Shown one piece after another: positions 47,899 to 59,197 of a stretch of DNA of 64,000 nt (position 1 is the stretch's first letter; every line of letters begins with the position of its first letter). The DNA is from a virus (Duplodnaviria; Caudoviricetes), in the IMG/VR virus record IMGVR_UViG_3300009037_000003, positions 1 through 64,000 of that record. One strand, 5' to 3'. Made by a program: the position numbers and the translations under genes. Below the pieces are notes generated by a model. It saw nothing but the letters and a program-made list of their open reading frames with translations, was not told the origin of the DNA and did no database searches.

Positions 47899-48828
47899 AT
47901 GAGTAAATTAGAAATATCATTTGCTTGGTCAGACAGTCGCTTGAAAACATTCAGGGAATGCAAGTACAAGTACTATCTCCAATATTTTTTGGCGTGGGAA
48001 GGTTGGCTAGTATCGGCGCCGGAAGATAAACGAAAAGCATATATGTTGAAGAACTTAACTAATATGCCGATGTTCATAGGATCTACGGTCCACGATGTTA
48101 TAGAGCAAATTATAAAGAAAGGCAGAGCCACAGGGGATTGGGGCAATCAAGAATCGGCTAAGGAGGCAGTTCTTGCAGCTCTAAGAAGGGGATGGAAACA
48201 ATCTGTAGATAAAGAATGGGAAAATAAGGTAAAGGGTGTCGTTAACTTAGCCGAACATTACTACAACGAGAAGATAGACAAAGAAAAACTCGCAGGACAG
48301 AAACAGAAGGCTTTAGACTGCATCGATGCTTTCTACGCATGTTCATTGTTCCCAGTGCTCAGTGGATTAAAGCCCGAGGATTGGCTCTCACTAGAGGAAT
48401 TCCAAAAGTTTCAATTATCCGGAGGCGAGGAAGTTACCGTAAAAATAGACTGCGGTTTCAGACACAACGGGGAAGTCACTCTTTGCGATTGGAAAACCGG
48501 AAAGATAAACGATGACGTAATAGAACAGCTCGTGACATACGCCATGTATGCCATAAAGCAAAAGTGGACAGATAGTTGCCAGAATATCTCAATCGTACCA
48601 GTATACTTGGCTCAATTTGCAACGACTGGAGAAAAAGCGATTCCGAGATTGAAGGTAACTATGCCGATGATTAAGAAGCAAGCTGGTATCATCGTCAGTG
48701 AATATCCGCTACTCAAGCAAGCTCATGATAATCGTGACAATCCGGAATTTTTCCCAAAAACAGATAACGATAGAGTCTGCGCGCGATGTACCTTCCGAGG
48801 GCTTTGTCTTGGAGAGAAATCGCCATGA
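47899..48828 (+). CDS. PD-(D/E)XK nuclease, AddB/Cas4-like
   Basis: FREC, G..VH, KID, DWKTG, QL..YA, CARC....C. Confidence 0.88.
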   Translation: MSKLEISFAWSDSRLKTFRECKYKYYLQYFLAWEGWLVSAPEDKRKAYMLKNLTNMPMFIGSTVHDVIEQIIKKGRATGDWGNQESAKEAVLAALRRGWKQSVDKEWENKVKGVVNLAEHYYNEKIDKEKLAGQKQKALDCIDAFYACSLFPVLSGLKPEDWLSLEEFQKFQLSGGEEVTVKIDCGFRHNGEVTLCDWKTGKINDDVIEQLVTYAMYAIKQKWTDSCQNISIVPVYLAQFATTGEKAIPRLKVTMPMIKKQAGIIVSEYPLLKQAHDNRDNPEFFPKTDNDRVCARCTFRGLCLGEKSP

Positions 48829-49262
48829 CGGAGGAGATTATCCTTTACTTCGATGGTGGATCCAGAAAAGGAATCATGGCAGTCGGCTGGATTATCCTAG
48901 ACGCAAGCGAACCGTCTCGTATCCTTGCTTCCGGAAACAAAACATGTGGACGGGGCACTTCAAACATAGCCGAATATAGAGCGCTGATCTCTGGTTTGTA
49001 TGGGGCACAATCTATCCGTAATGTTAGACACATAAACATCTTCGGAGATAGTCAGTTAGTAGTCAAACAAGTCAATGGAATCTTTAGGATAAATAGTCCA
49101 CTGCTACAGTCACATTGTGATAAAGCAAGAGAATTACTGAGTCGCTTTAATTCATATACTCTCGAATGGATACCGCGTCGTCATAACAAAATGGCAGATG
49201 GGTTAGTTAATCAGGTGTTTGAAAGAAGGAGCAACAAATGCAAATCAAAAAGGAAAAAGTAA
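48825..49262 (+). CDS. rnhA: Ribonuclease HI
   Basis: FDGGSR, NIAEYRAL, GDSQLV, WIPR..N..AD. Confidence 0.93.
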   Translation: MTEEIILYFDGGSRKGIMAVGWIILDASEPSRILASGNKTCGRGTSNIAEYRALISGLYGAQSIRNVRHINIFGDSQLVVKQVNGIFRINSPLLQSHCDKARELLSRFNSYTLEWIPRRHNKMADGLVNQVFERRSNKCKSKRKK

Positions 49263-49720
49263 CCATTCTAGCGACATTAATAGTTTTGATGTGTACAAGT
49301 TGCGTAAAAGATATTACGGGAATGCGGAATGACCTCGGCGAAATGAAAGATCTCATCGATCACAGCATGCAGGTAGTCACGGAGGAAGTCGGTACTCTTA
49401 ATAATAATCTTGCCACATTAAGCAAAACGGTTAACAATTCCGGGGTGATTAAATACTCTGGCGGCGGTTGGATAGCGATAGTCGTCGGCCTTTTTCTTCT
49501 CAGCGGTGTCCTTATGTTCAAAATAGTTGTAAACAACAAGAATGGATGGTTACTGAAGTTCTTAACTAGTGCAATCCAGAAGTCCGATAAAGACACGGTC
49601 GCTGCGGTCAAACAGCAGTTAAAAATAGAGTCGCAAACATCTCCATTTACCGAAAAGGACCGCCATAGTCTCGGCGAGTTTGCCAAGAAGGTCGGCACTT
49701 TCGCCGAAAAACGCGAATAA
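49238..49720 (+). CDS. Membrane/lipoprotein
   Basis: Signal with Cys and one further TM segment. Confidence 0.65.
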   Translation: MQIKKEKVTILATLIVLMCTSCVKDITGMRNDLGEMKDLIDHSMQVVTEEVGTLNNNLATLSKTVNNSGVIKYSGGGWIAIVVGLFLLSGVLMFKIVVNNKNGWLLKFLTSAIQKSDKDTVAAVKQQLKIESQTSPFTEKDRHSLGEFAKKVGTFAEKRE

Positions 49721-49765
49721 TAGACAAGTATAATATCTTAAGACCAACTAAGGCGGAGCTGAATT

Positions 49766-50056
49766 ATGCCAACTTATGAGTACAGATGTTCGTCGTGTGA
49801 AAACCATATAGAAGTAGTACACTCGATGACAACAACCTTACTTGTCTGTCCTGCCTGCCACAAAGAGTCTCTCGTCAAGCTAATTAGTGCGGGTTTACCA
49901 CCGATTGTACGAGGGACAAAAACCCCATGCCGTGGCGGCAGAGTCTTAGAGCAGAAGCCGAAACCGGAGCCATACACACCGTTTTGGCGTGACGACAAAA
50001 TTAATCCGAATGTTCTCAAAAATCCTAAGAAGTACATCGAAACAGGAGAAATCTAA
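49766..50056 (+). CDS. FmdB-family zinc-ribbon protein
   Basis: MPTYEYRCSSC..CPAC..KLIS. Confidence 0.88.
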   Translation: MPTYEYRCSSCENHIEVVHSMTTTLLVCPACHKESLVKLISAGLPPIVRGTKTPCRGGRVLEQKPKPEPYTPFWRDDKINPNVLKNPKKYIETGEI

Positions 50057-50954
50057 ATGCTTGGTCCAAGATTTTCAATGGCAGCTAGGGACGGTAAGGA
50101 AGTTACATTGAGTTCTGCCGGAATGGTAAAACTCATTTGTGAATCATGCGATACCGAACTAATGCACATTCAATTCGTCAATGACGATCGTTGTCGCGGC
50201 TTGAATCAAAATGTCAAAATGTTCGCGAAGTGTCCTTGCGGACAATTTTCGAACATAGTGACTACTACTCAAAAATTTTTTCCAGGAGCCGCCAGCGACC
50301 ATTTAATATTTGACATCCTAACTGATGAACAGCCAGATGTGACTGATGTGTGTTTTCTCGTACATAAGAAACATGAATAAACAATTATTTATCGATATTA
50401 ATGGGACTGCACATAAATCACGCGAAGATTCCAGCGAGTTAATAGTTGCTGTACAAAATACGTCTCGCTGTCTGGTTCTAGCTTCATCTACTGGTGAATT
50501 ATTCGATCCATGTAGGTCGGCGATGTTAAACCAAAAAGATAACGAGAGGGGGCAACTAAAGTGGCAAATGAGACCGTGTAGCAGTGAGTGTCTACAACAT
50601 TATTCTGTCTTTTTAAAAACTCGTAACAGAACTCCGTTTGTATTAGCACAAAGGGTTTATACATATGGTAATTAGTCGAATCATTTCCGACTTGAAAGCG
50701 ATAATCAGAAAGCATTCTTCGGTCAAAATAGCTGCTGCCAATGTCACACAGCTTGCTACCAAGATTGCAGATTATATCGTTTCTCTCACTCCACCAGAAC
50801 CAGTCAAAGGCGATGGAGATAGAATCATAAAGATTATGCCGGTGAATAACGATCGTTCGTTAAATATTGGGAAAGGTGTTAGTGCGATGACGCCATCTGA
50901 GTCGGCAAGAGCAGACGAACAGCTAAATCGTTCCCCATATAAGAGTGAAAGTCA

Positions 50955-51379
50955 TGGCAACGCTTAGAGATGAACTACTATCGTTTAATGCTACGAAAGA
51001 GACTCCGAAGACAAGATTCTTAGTTTCTTTATCAGATGGCAGAACCGTTATACAGGACGACAGAGTCGGCCAACGACATGCCTGGATAAGACTGCGTGAA
51101 TGGCTACAAGCTAATCATGATGTCCACATAACCGGCTTACGATTACAAGGCGCACGTAATTTTATGATTGATATGCCGAGTAATTGTGGTGGGTATTTTT
51201 TCGGCAACAAGATCCATGCCGTGTGGGGTGGGCGAAGGAGCGAATATGTCGGGGTTGGATATTTGGACAAAGACACTGTTAGAGTGGCATGGTATCGAGT
51301 ACCAAATTTTGATCACTCATTCAGTGAATCGCGGACTGTTTCGGAAGCAGGTTTCCTTTTGATTGAAAAGAGTAAGTAA
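50955..51379 (+). CDS. Hypothetical phage protein
   Basis: LSDGRTV.QDD..AW.RL motif; packed operon. Confidence 0.65.
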
Positions 51380-51861
51380 TGTATCAACAAAGAGAAACAG
51401 GTAAATTAGACTCGCCAACTACCCCCGGAATGATGGTAACGCCGAGAAATTACTGTATAGAATTGATCTGCCTGAATGTTAATAGAAGTCTACCGCCGAA
51501 ATTTTGGCTGGACAATAAGTATTGGGGGCCTAAGTTCAAAAGAGAAGTTGGTGGTATTAGTAGATTAGGGAAGAAACTCGCCAACACGGATCTAGATCTA
51601 GGAACGCCGTTCAATATGACAATATTGGCATCCGTGATTCAGGCGTATTGCGTGAAGTCTTTGACTGCTAATAGAACTATGGACAAAGTAATTACGTGGA
51701 TGAAGAAAAAGAGTGCCTCAATACAATCGCAGCGGTCTGTGATAGTGTCACAAGCAGCGCCAGTTTCTTTTGATATAACAGAGAATATGCGAATCGTTGA
51801 TGTAGGTGAATCGACCCCGCTGTCCAAAATTAAGAAGATAACCCAAAATGGCCAAACATAA
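51379..51861 (+). CDS. Hypothetical phage protein
   Basis: Coupled TAATG start. Confidence 0.65.
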   Translation: MYQQRETGKLDSPTTPGMMVTPRNYCIELICLNVNRSLPPKFWLDNKYWGPKFKREVGGISRLGKKLANTDLDLGTPFNMTILASVIQAYCVKSLTANRTMDKVITWMKKKSASIQSQRSVIVSQAAPVSFDITENMRIVDVGESTPLSKIKKITQNGQT

Positions 51862-52903
51862 AAAGACAGATATTTCTCAGGAATCTCTCGATGTGTTTCT
51901 GACCAGGATGTATGGCGATGGGATTATTGCAACGGCAGACCGAGCACTTTCCCCCAAAGCTAAAAAGGTATTGAAGACTCCACTTTCTTTGGATGTTGCT
52001 TTGAGCGGTGGGATTCCGGATGGATGCATTTGTCTCATAACAGGGAAACCTAAGTCTGGGAAAAGTACATTATGTCTTGAGTTACTCAAAAACGCGCAAC
52101 AAGCCAACAGACCAGCATTCTATGTCAATATTGAGAGACGTTGTACCCCGTCACTCCTGAGTACCATTCAGGGGCTAGATACTACAAAACTGCAAGTGGT
52201 TCCATGGCAATCAGAGAAAATCTTATCAGCCGAAGACTATTTATCTATCATAGAACAGATAATCAAAACACAGATGAATGCTGTTGTGGTGATAGACAGT
52301 ATAGCGGCACTATCAACTATCGTTGAGCAAGAAGAAGCTTTGGGGGCCGGTAAAGATATGGCAGGACCAGCCAAGCTCCTATCTTCGTTCTTCCGCCGAG
52401 CATTACAAATTGCAGACCAGAACAATATTATAATGATATTCATTTCTCAGGTAATGTCAAATCGGGAACCGAAAGGTCCTAAGTATACCGAGAAGGGTGG
52501 CATGGCAATTCAGTACGCTTGTTCTGTGTGGTTGAAAATAAATTGGACGCAACAATGGGAAAAGAATCCTGAAACTAATGCGCCGGACGGTCATGATATA
52601 TACGTTACTGTTCAATCATCGGCAATGGGGAGACCATTTCTTCCGTGCGTATTGCCTCTTCGGTACGGAATGGGAATAGATAATGTAACCGATATCGTTA
52701 CAAATGCGGAGAATCTTGGTCTAATAGAACGAGCGGGGTCATGGTATTCTGTTCCATTGCTGGCAGGCGATGACGGTTCGCCAATGAAATTTCAGGGTGC
52801 CACAAAGATTGCAACGTACTTGAGGGAAAATCCGGAGAAACTCGCAGTATTGGAGAACAGTGTTCGAGACATAGTTTTGGGGGAGAAACGGTATGACAAT
52901 TGA
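51848..52903 (+). CDS. recA: RecA/UvsX-like recombinase
   Basis: SLDVALSGGIP.G, GKPKSGKST, VIDSIAAL, GG.A..YA, AGSWY, FQG. Confidence 0.92.
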   Translation: MAKHKKTDISQESLDVFLTRMYGDGIIATADRALSPKAKKVLKTPLSLDVALSGGIPDGCICLITGKPKSGKSTLCLELLKNAQQANRPAFYVNIERRCTPSLLSTIQGLDTTKLQVVPWQSEKILSAEDYLSIIEQIIKTQMNAVVVIDSIAALSTIVEQEEALGAGKDMAGPAKLLSSFFRRALQIADQNNIIMIFISQVMSNREPKGPKYTEKGGMAIQYACSVWLKINWTQQWEKNPETNAPDGHDIYVTVQSSAMGRPFLPCVLPLRYGMGIDNVTDIVTNAENLGLIERAGSWYSVPLLAGDDGSPMKFQGATKIATYLRENPEKLAVLENSVRDIVLGEKRYDN

Positions 52904-53471
52904 TCTGACTTGGCTGTGTCTGAATGATCCAATTCTGAGCGACAGATCCGCTGATAAATATTATTTGACAACTGCATACGAGATATCTAGAAGTAGTCCT
53001 GATCCGTATACAAAGAATGGCGCAATTATTGTCGACGAGTACGAAAACACGGTAATCGGTAGAGGTATAAACCAAATGCCTGGAGACAACTTCGTTCCGT
53101 GTCGTTGTAGTACTTTGTCTAGGTCGTGCGATGTAATGGACAGGAACCTCAAGAACGAGTACATTATACACGCCGAAGAAGCTGCTATTATTGATGTAGC
53201 AGTTAATGGCAATAAACTTGGTAGGGGGAAGATGGTATTATATGCCCCATTTCTATGTTGCTTCAGATGCGCAAGGATGATTATTCAGGCTGGAATCAAA
53301 GAAGTAGTAGGGCATGCGCCTCTTATGACCATGGCGAAACAGCATACTACGTGGCTTGATTCTACGAAACGTGGGTTAGAGCTATTGCAAGAAGCTGGTA
53401 TTAATTGCGTATTCTATAAGTCGTTAGTCGGCACGACAACATTGTTTAACGGCAAACAAATCACCGTATGA
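52893..53471 (+). CDS. dCMP deaminase
   Basis: S.DP.TK.GA, HAEEAAI, CFRCAR.IIQAGI. Confidence 0.9.
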   Translation: MTIDLTWLCLNDPILSDRSADKYYLTTAYEISRSSPDPYTKNGAIIVDEYENTVIGRGINQMPGDNFVPCRCSTLSRSCDVMDRNLKNEYIIHAEEAAIIDVAVNGNKLGRGKMVLYAPFLCCFRCARMIIQAGIKEVVGHAPLMTMAKQHTTWLDSTKRGLELLQEAGINCVFYKSLVGTTTLFNGKQITV

Positions 53472-53836
53472 AAATGCTATCAGCATCTGGTGTTGAAATC
53501 GATGTCAAGCTGCATGGCAAAAGGTTGAGATCGGTAGAATGTTGCAAATCAGGCTTCCAATATGAAGTTGGTCGTAGCTTACTACAGCATTATCCGCACA
53601 ACATAATCTTCGAGGAGGTTTATATTCCGGTCGACAAAATGTTCCTCGATTTTTTCATTCCGTCTTTGAGTATCGTGGTAGAATGCCATGGCGAACAGCA
53701 TGTTAAACACATTAAGTTTTTCCACGCGACCAAAAAAGACTTTAATGACCAGCGAGACAAAGATCAACGCAAACGCAATTTTTGCGAGATAAATAATCTA
53801 AAATTGATAGAGGTGTATCGACATGAATATTCATGA
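53468..53836 (+). CDS. DUF559/Vsr-like endonuclease
   Basis: LDFFIP, VECHGEQH, RD..K..FC. Confidence 0.8.
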   Translation: MKMLSASGVEIDVKLHGKRLRSVECCKSGFQYEVGRSLLQHYPHNIIFEEVYIPVDKMFLDFFIPSLSIVVECHGEQHVKHIKFFHATKKDFNDQRDKDQRKRNFCEINNLKLIEVYRHEYS

Positions 53837-54227
53837 GGAATTCAACGAGTATAGACAGCAACTGGATTTATGGATGCAGTCATTAGGACTCTTAAATTGT
53901 AAGCCACCAGAAAATGATTGCGTCGAGCAAATTCTATCCATGGATAGAACTGCGCTAGCCGAAAGGGAAACGATCAAGCTGGGACAAGACGCTTTTATCC
54001 TATCTCAATACGCATTGTTTCTGGAAATGAAGTCAAATGAATGTAAGGGGTTCCTAAAATGGGCGGCATACACGTCTCCTAAGCTGGACCAGAACGATCG
54101 TCCATTGTTATTCCAATGGACAAAGAAAGCGGAGCTTCGGCTAGAAAGGATACAATATCTCACAAAAAGAATCGAATCGATGATACAGGCATTGGGTAAT
54201 ATCATTAGAATAAGGAAAAATGTATGA
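53823..54227 (+). CDS. Hypothetical helical protein
   Basis: Overlapping operon ORF. Confidence 0.6.
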   Translation: MNIHEEFNEYRQQLDLWMQSLGLLNCKPPENDCVEQILSMDRTALAERETIKLGQDAFILSQYALFLEMKSNECKGFLKWAAYTSPKLDQNDRPLLFQWTKKAELRLERIQYLTKRIESMIQALGNIIRIRKNV

Positions 54228-54727
54228 CACCGCTAGAATTGATCAAAAATGGCATAGAGAGAGCAAACTGGCAAGATATTTGCGAAGCGTATCAAATATT
54301 AACTGGTTGCGCAATATCGCCCAGCACTTCATCCTATGCAATTCCGTCCAAGGTAGCGAAAATTTGGGCTATCATGAATGAGCCTGATGACGATACCAAC
54401 ACGTCAGAGCTAACTGTTGCGACATTTTCCGACAATATAGATGTTACAGTCGAGCCAACCGAACAGGCGGACGAACTAGTCACGTCAGATAATTCCTGCT
54501 TAATAACGAACACTCCAACACAAGCAGAGATCGAAGAGAATAAAAAATTGGCTGCTAAAAGTATGCAGAGAAAAACTGCGACAAATAGGCAGTCAAAACC
54601 GACTACGTATGAGGTTAAATGCAGTGAATGCAACAAAACTTTTTTGTCTCCTATTCGGAGTGGTAGCATTGGGCAGAAGTGTCAGGATTGCTTGAACGAT
54701 AAGAAGGGGCGATTCGTCCGTGGCTAA
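54224..54727 (+). CDS. Hypothetical protein with C-terminal Zn ribbon
   Basis: CSEC..CQDC. Confidence 0.65.
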   Translation: MTPLELIKNGIERANWQDICEAYQILTGCAISPSTSSYAIPSKVAKIWAIMNEPDDDTNTSELTVATFSDNIDVTVEPTEQADELVTSDNSCLITNTPTQAEIEENKKLAAKSMQRKTATNRQSKPTTYEVKCSECNKTFLSPIRSGSIGQKCQDCLNDKKGRFVRG

Positions 54728-56153
54728 TAAACCAAATGCAATTCTTCAAGACGTAGAACTCGAAAAGGCGGTACTCCAATGCATAATTAGCAATGGTCCG
54801 AACTGCTTTTTCCAAATAGAGGAGTTACTAACTGGAGATGATTTTTATTGGACTAAGCACAAGAAACTTTTCAAGCTTCTATCGCATCTTGCCTATCAGG
54901 AGGATGTGAAGAGCTATGATCTAGTGTTGATTCAGGTTGCTGCAAAAACACTTGGGTTTACCGATTTCTTGCAAGACGGAGAAAATTACAAGTACCTAAC
55001 TGATCTCGTCTCGCATCCTGGTGCTACAACAGAAACAATTTTGCCTACAGTTGCCGTTGTTTACAAATTGTCTTTGGCTCGTAAAGGATATCTTGCAGCG
55101 GTTGGCATCCAGGATAACATGAAGAAGGTAACCGGAGGAGAAGGGGTAGATCAGATTATTGAATGCATTGAGGAACCGATATTTTCGCTAACAGGTAAAT
55201 TGAATGATCAGAATAGCGGGTCGACGTCTCTCGGGCACGCATTTTTCGGTGTTATGACACAGTTAGCGACGGAACCCAAAGACGTCGTCGGTCTACCGAC
55301 TGGATTCCCATTGTGGGATATTGCGATCGGAGGCGGCCTCAGACCGGCGACAGTCAGCGTCGTTGGCGCGAGGCCGAAAATTGGCAAATCATGGTTTTGC
55401 TTGAATGTGGCAAAAAATGTTGCAATGCATGGAATTCCTGTATTATATCTTGATACGGAATTGACCGGAACTGTGCAGATTCAGAGACTTACAGCATTAA
55501 TGACCGGTGTCGAACTATCCAGAATCGAAACAGGAAAATTTGTAACCAATACTCACGAGGAAAAAGCTGTATTCGGCGCTAAAGAACAAATGGAAAAACT
55601 GACAATAGAGCACGTGTCAGTCGCCGGACTAAGTCCACAGGCCATTGTTTCGATTGCGAGACGTTGGGTCGCCAAGACGGTTGGGTTTACGGCCAGTGGG
55701 GCTGCAAAGCCGTGTGTTATTATCTATGACTATCTTAAGCTGATGGACGATGGCGGGCTAAAAGGAAATCTGCAGGAATATCAGGCACTAGGATTTCTAG
55801 TTACCGCGCTTCATAACTTTGCGGTTAAATTTAAGCTACCGATACTAGCGACTGTACAATTGAATAGAGACGGCGTAGAAAAAGAGGGATCAGAAGTAGT
55901 GTCTGGCTCAGACCGGATCGTATGGCTATGTTCCAATTTCTCAATCCTTAAAAATAAGACATCAAATGAGCTGAACGAAGATCCGCCAGCCAACGGCACC
56001 AAAAAGATTTTTGTAACCGATACTAGATATGGGCCAGGAATGCCAAAAGGCGAATATATCAACATAATAGATAAATTATCTCACGGCGAGCTAAGGGAAG
56101 GCAAGCCATTTTCATTTGTTTTATCGTCTGCATGGAATAATAAACAAAAATGA
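54720..56153 (+). CDS. dnaB: Replicative DNA helicase
   Basis: GLPTGF, GARPKIGKS, YDYLKL, VQLNR. Confidence 0.93.
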   Translation: MANKPNAILQDVELEKAVLQCIISNGPNCFFQIEELLTGDDFYWTKHKKLFKLLSHLAYQEDVKSYDLVLIQVAAKTLGFTDFLQDGENYKYLTDLVSHPGATTETILPTVAVVYKLSLARKGYLAAVGIQDNMKKVTGGEGVDQIIECIEEPIFSLTGKLNDQNSGSTSLGHAFFGVMTQLATEPKDVVGLPTGFPLWDIAIGGGLRPATVSVVGARPKIGKSWFCLNVAKNVAMHGIPVLYLDTELTGTVQIQRLTALMTGVELSRIETGKFVTNTHEEKAVFGAKEQMEKLTIEHVSVAGLSPQAIVSIARRWVAKTVGFTASGAAKPCVIIYDYLKLMDDGGLKGNLQEYQALGFLVTALHNFAVKFKLPILATVQLNRDGVEKEGSEVVSGSDRIVWLCSNFSILKNKTSNELNEDPPANGTKKIFVTDTRYGPGMPKGEYINIIDKLSHGELREGKPFSFVLSSAWNNKQK

Positions 56154-57226
56154 TGAATGTCAAATTTGTTCAAGATAGAGCTTGTGAACGAGTGCAAGAA
56201 ATTTTCGACGCCTTCGATCTTTCCTATGTTGAAAGTATCGACTATTTTCATATGAAGTGTCCAGTGCATAATGGGGATAATGAGCGTGGAATGTTTTGGG
56301 CTAAGAATACCAATCACTGGCAATGCATAACAAGAGGTTGTCAAAAGGATCAGATAACTGGTCGATCGAATAGTATCTTTGGATTGATCAGAGGCATTAT
56401 GGCAGCACGAGGAACTCCAATTAGTTTTAGACGTGCAGTTGATTGGACATCTGATCTGCTGTGTTTACGTGGAACATGCGATCGTATAGAACAAAAACGT
56501 ATCACGACGAAGAAAGAAGATAGGCCAGAGATAGCGAAACGTTTTATCGAACTGAAAGATGTTGTCGGATATCTCAATCGCGATTGCACGTATTTCCCAG
56601 CAAGAGGTATCTCTCAGGACATTTTGGCGAGATATCATGTTTCTATCTGCAATACTCCTAATAAATCGATGTACCAGCGAGCGTTTTTCCCGGTGCTGGA
56701 TGTTAGTGGAAGAAAAATTTTAGGATGGTCTGGACGGAGCATATTCGACAAATGCGAAAAATGCGGTATGTATCACAGTACTAAGGTGGATTGTACTAAT
56801 GTTACTCTTACTAGCAGATTCGCCAAGTGGAAACATACGAAGGGTTTTCGCAAAGGTCAATCATTATATAACATATGGTTCGCAAAGTCACACATAAACA
56901 AATCCCGAACAGCAATAATATGTGAGGGCGCTGTGGATGTTTGGCGATTGGAAATGAGTGGTTTCAGAAATTCAGTAGGAATTATGGGTACGTCTATCTC
57001 GAAAGAACAAAGATTACTGCTACAGCAAGCAGGAGCTCTTACGCTAATACTGGCGCTGGATAATGACGAAGCGGGTCGGAAGGGGACGGCGACAATCGTA
57101 GACCAGCTATCTTCGTATTTTAGAATTTTCGTAGCAGACATCTCGAAAAAGGATATAGGGGAAATGAATGTAGCAGAAATCACACAAACAATGAAAGGAG
57201 TTACCAATGGCAGAGTTTATCGTTAA
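56150..57226 (+). CDS. dnaG: DNA primase (Zn finger + TOPRIM)
   Basis: CPVH..C...C, SGR, LYN, CEGAVD, LDNDEAG, KDIGE. Confidence 0.92.
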   Translation: MMNVKFVQDRACERVQEIFDAFDLSYVESIDYFHMKCPVHNGDNERGMFWAKNTNHWQCITRGCQKDQITGRSNSIFGLIRGIMAARGTPISFRRAVDWTSDLLCLRGTCDRIEQKRITTKKEDRPEIAKRFIELKDVVGYLNRDCTYFPARGISQDILARYHVSICNTPNKSMYQRAFFPVLDVSGRKILGWSGRSIFDKCEKCGMYHSTKVDCTNVTLTSRFAKWKHTKGFRKGQSLYNIWFAKSHINKSRTAIICEGAVDVWRLEMSGFRNSVGIMGTSISKEQRLLLQQAGALTLILALDNDEAGRKGTATIVDQLSSYFRIFVADISKKDIGEMNVAEITQTMKGVTNGRVYR

Positions 57227-57566
57227 GGATTCCGGCGAACGAAAGGAATTCGCTACCGGAGCAGTAAGAGACACTCAAGCAGGAAAACCTCGATATGACC
57301 TAATTCCACCAACAGCCTTGAGGCGTTTGGCGACGCATTATGCCAAGGGGGCGGAAAAGTATACTGAGCACAATTGGACAAAGGGTATTCCGATGTCTAG
57401 GTGTGTTGCCAGTTTGATGAGACATATAATGCAATTTATTCTTGGCGACAAAGAAGAAGATCATCTGGCAGCTTGCTTGTTCAATATCATGTGTATCATT
57501 CATTATCAAGAAACAGGCCGCACGGATCTGGATGATCTGTTTGACTGGAAGGCATCTAGCGAATGA
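57207..57566 (+). CDS. dATP/dGTP diphosphohydrolase domain protein (DUF5664-like)
   Basis: F.TGAVRD..GKPRYDLIP, GAEKY..NW.KG, RH, EDHLAA..FN. Confidence 0.88.
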   Translation: MAEFIVKDSGERKEFATGAVRDTQAGKPRYDLIPPTALRRLATHYAKGAEKYTEHNWTKGIPMSRCVASLMRHIMQFILGDKEEDHLAACLFNIMCIIHYQETGRTDLDDLFDWKASSE

Positions 57567-58432
57567 AAATAGAAAATTGCAGTGCTTCTGCCATTAAGCT
57601 GTTCGATAAGTGTAACTTTGCGTATTTTCTGAGATACGTCCTAAGGAGATCTATTGCCGCAGGGAAAGCTGCTATGCAAGGGAAGATTGTCCATAAGGCC
57701 GTGGAAATGATAGCAAAGCTCCACCTTAAAGGGAAAACGATAGATACCGAAAGGGTGTTGGAATGGGCATGGGACCGATGCTTGCGAGAGAGTCCAGACG
57801 TTGATATCCGTAAAACTACATCTCGCGGAGAAGCGGCAGATTACAAAAAATGTCGCAATGCTCTTGAAGGCATTTTGGATAGCGACTATAATCCCAGGAA
57901 GCTTAAGATACTTGGGATAGAAAAATGGTTTTCAATAGAAATGCCCGGTCCGGAATGGGCTAATCGCAATGGGCAACAACTTACGGTCAGAGGGTTTATC
58001 GACCTAGTTCACGAAATCGACGAAAACACTATAGAGATCGTCGACTGGAAGACCGGCGCAGTTGCAGATATATCATCAAAAGAAATTATTGACTCGGATC
58101 GAGTAGCTGCCGAAATTCAGGCTCAGCTATATTTTTTGGCCGCATGTTTAATCTATCCAGAGTACAAAAATATCATAATAACTTTTTATTACACAACTGA
58201 TCAGTTGCCGAGAACCGTATATTTTGATCTGACAGACACATGTCGCATTCTTGAAAGGCTTCTCGGGTTCTTTACCACAGTGCAGAAAACGGTTTGTGTA
58301 CGTCGCAATCGGACATGGCAATGCAAAATGTGCGAATTCAATAAAGGGGATCTGTGTACCAATGTGTGGGCAGACTTCTGCACCGCTGGCGAAAAATTTG
58401 TGTTGGAAAAATATCAGCAATCTAATGTATAA
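57563..58432 (+). CDS. PD-(D/E)XK exonuclease, Cas4-like
   Basis: SAS..C, G..VH, GFIDLV, VDWKTG, Q..LY, CKMC..C. Confidence 0.88.
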   Translation: MKIENCSASAIKLFDKCNFAYFLRYVLRRSIAAGKAAMQGKIVHKAVEMIAKLHLKGKTIDTERVLEWAWDRCLRESPDVDIRKTTSRGEAADYKKCRNALEGILDSDYNPRKLKILGIEKWFSIEMPGPEWANRNGQQLTVRGFIDLVHEIDENTIEIVDWKTGAVADISSKEIIDSDRVAAEIQAQLYFLAACLIYPEYKNIIITFYYTTDQLPRTVYFDLTDTCRILERLLGFFTTVQKTVCVRRNRTWQCKMCEFNKGDLCTNVWADFCTAGEKFVLEKYQQSNV

Positions 58433-58456
58433 TCATTTTGGGGCAGGAGATGATAT

Positions 58457-59197
58457 ATGATTGAAGAATGGAAAGATATTCCGGGATACGAAGGATTGTA
58501 TCAGGCTTCTAGTATGGGAAGAATAAAATCTATTAATTATACGGGTTATTGTTTTGGTCGTCTCTATTCCAAGAAAAGAGAGAAAATATTAAAACCATGT
58601 AAAAATAAAAATGGGAAAAAATATAGATTGATTGTATCTTTACGGAAAGATAAAGCAGTTAAAAGATTTTATATCCACCAATTAGTGATACAAACTTTTG
58701 TTGGGCCTTGCCCATCTAATATGGAGGTGTGTCATAACAATGGAGATTCTGAGAATAATTCAGTAGAAAATTTAAGATATGATACGCACAAATCGAACAT
58801 GATAGATATGTCTAAGCACGGAAATTCACAGATAGGTATCAAAAATCCTAATTGTAAATTGACTGAAGAACAGGTGTTAACGATAACCAGCTTATTACAA
58901 GGTCAATATACCATTGAGGAGATAGCAGAGCAATTCGGTGTTGCTAATAGTCTAATTTCTTGTATTAAAAATAAGAAATACTGGAAACACTTAACCGAAA
59001 ATATTAAATTAGATAGAAAAAATGTTAGAAAAACCCAAAATAAAGGCAGCACAAAATTAACGAGTAACGATATAGATACTATTAAAAAATTAATTCATGG
59101 TGGTCTAAAATCAAAAGAAATAGCTAAAAGATTTGGCGTTAGTTTTGAAACAATCAATAGGATTAAAAAGGGCATTACGTTTAAGGAAGCCTCATGA
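58457..59197 (+). CDS. NUMOD4-HNH homing endonuclease with C-terminal HTH repeats
   Basis: EEWKDIPGYEGLYQASSMGRIKS, HQLV..F, CHNNG..NN..NL; AT-rich. Confidence 0.92.
   Translation: MIEEWKDIPGYEGLYQASSMGRIKSINYTGYCFGRLYSKKREKILKPCKNKNGKKYRLIVSLRKDKAVKRFYIHQLVIQTFVGPCPSNMEVCHNNGDSENNSVENLRYDTHKSNMIDMSKHGNSQIGIKNPNCKLTEEQVLTITSLLQGQYTIEEIAEQFGVANSLISCIKNKKYWKHLTENIKLDRKNVRKTQNKGSTKLTSNDIDTIKKLIHGGLKSKEIAKRFGVSFETINRIKKGITFKEAS

Noticed and set aside
47899-58432. Cas4-like genes as part of a CRISPR-Cas system
   Set aside because: Stand-alone PD-(D/E)XK nucleases in a replication context, with no array or other cas genes
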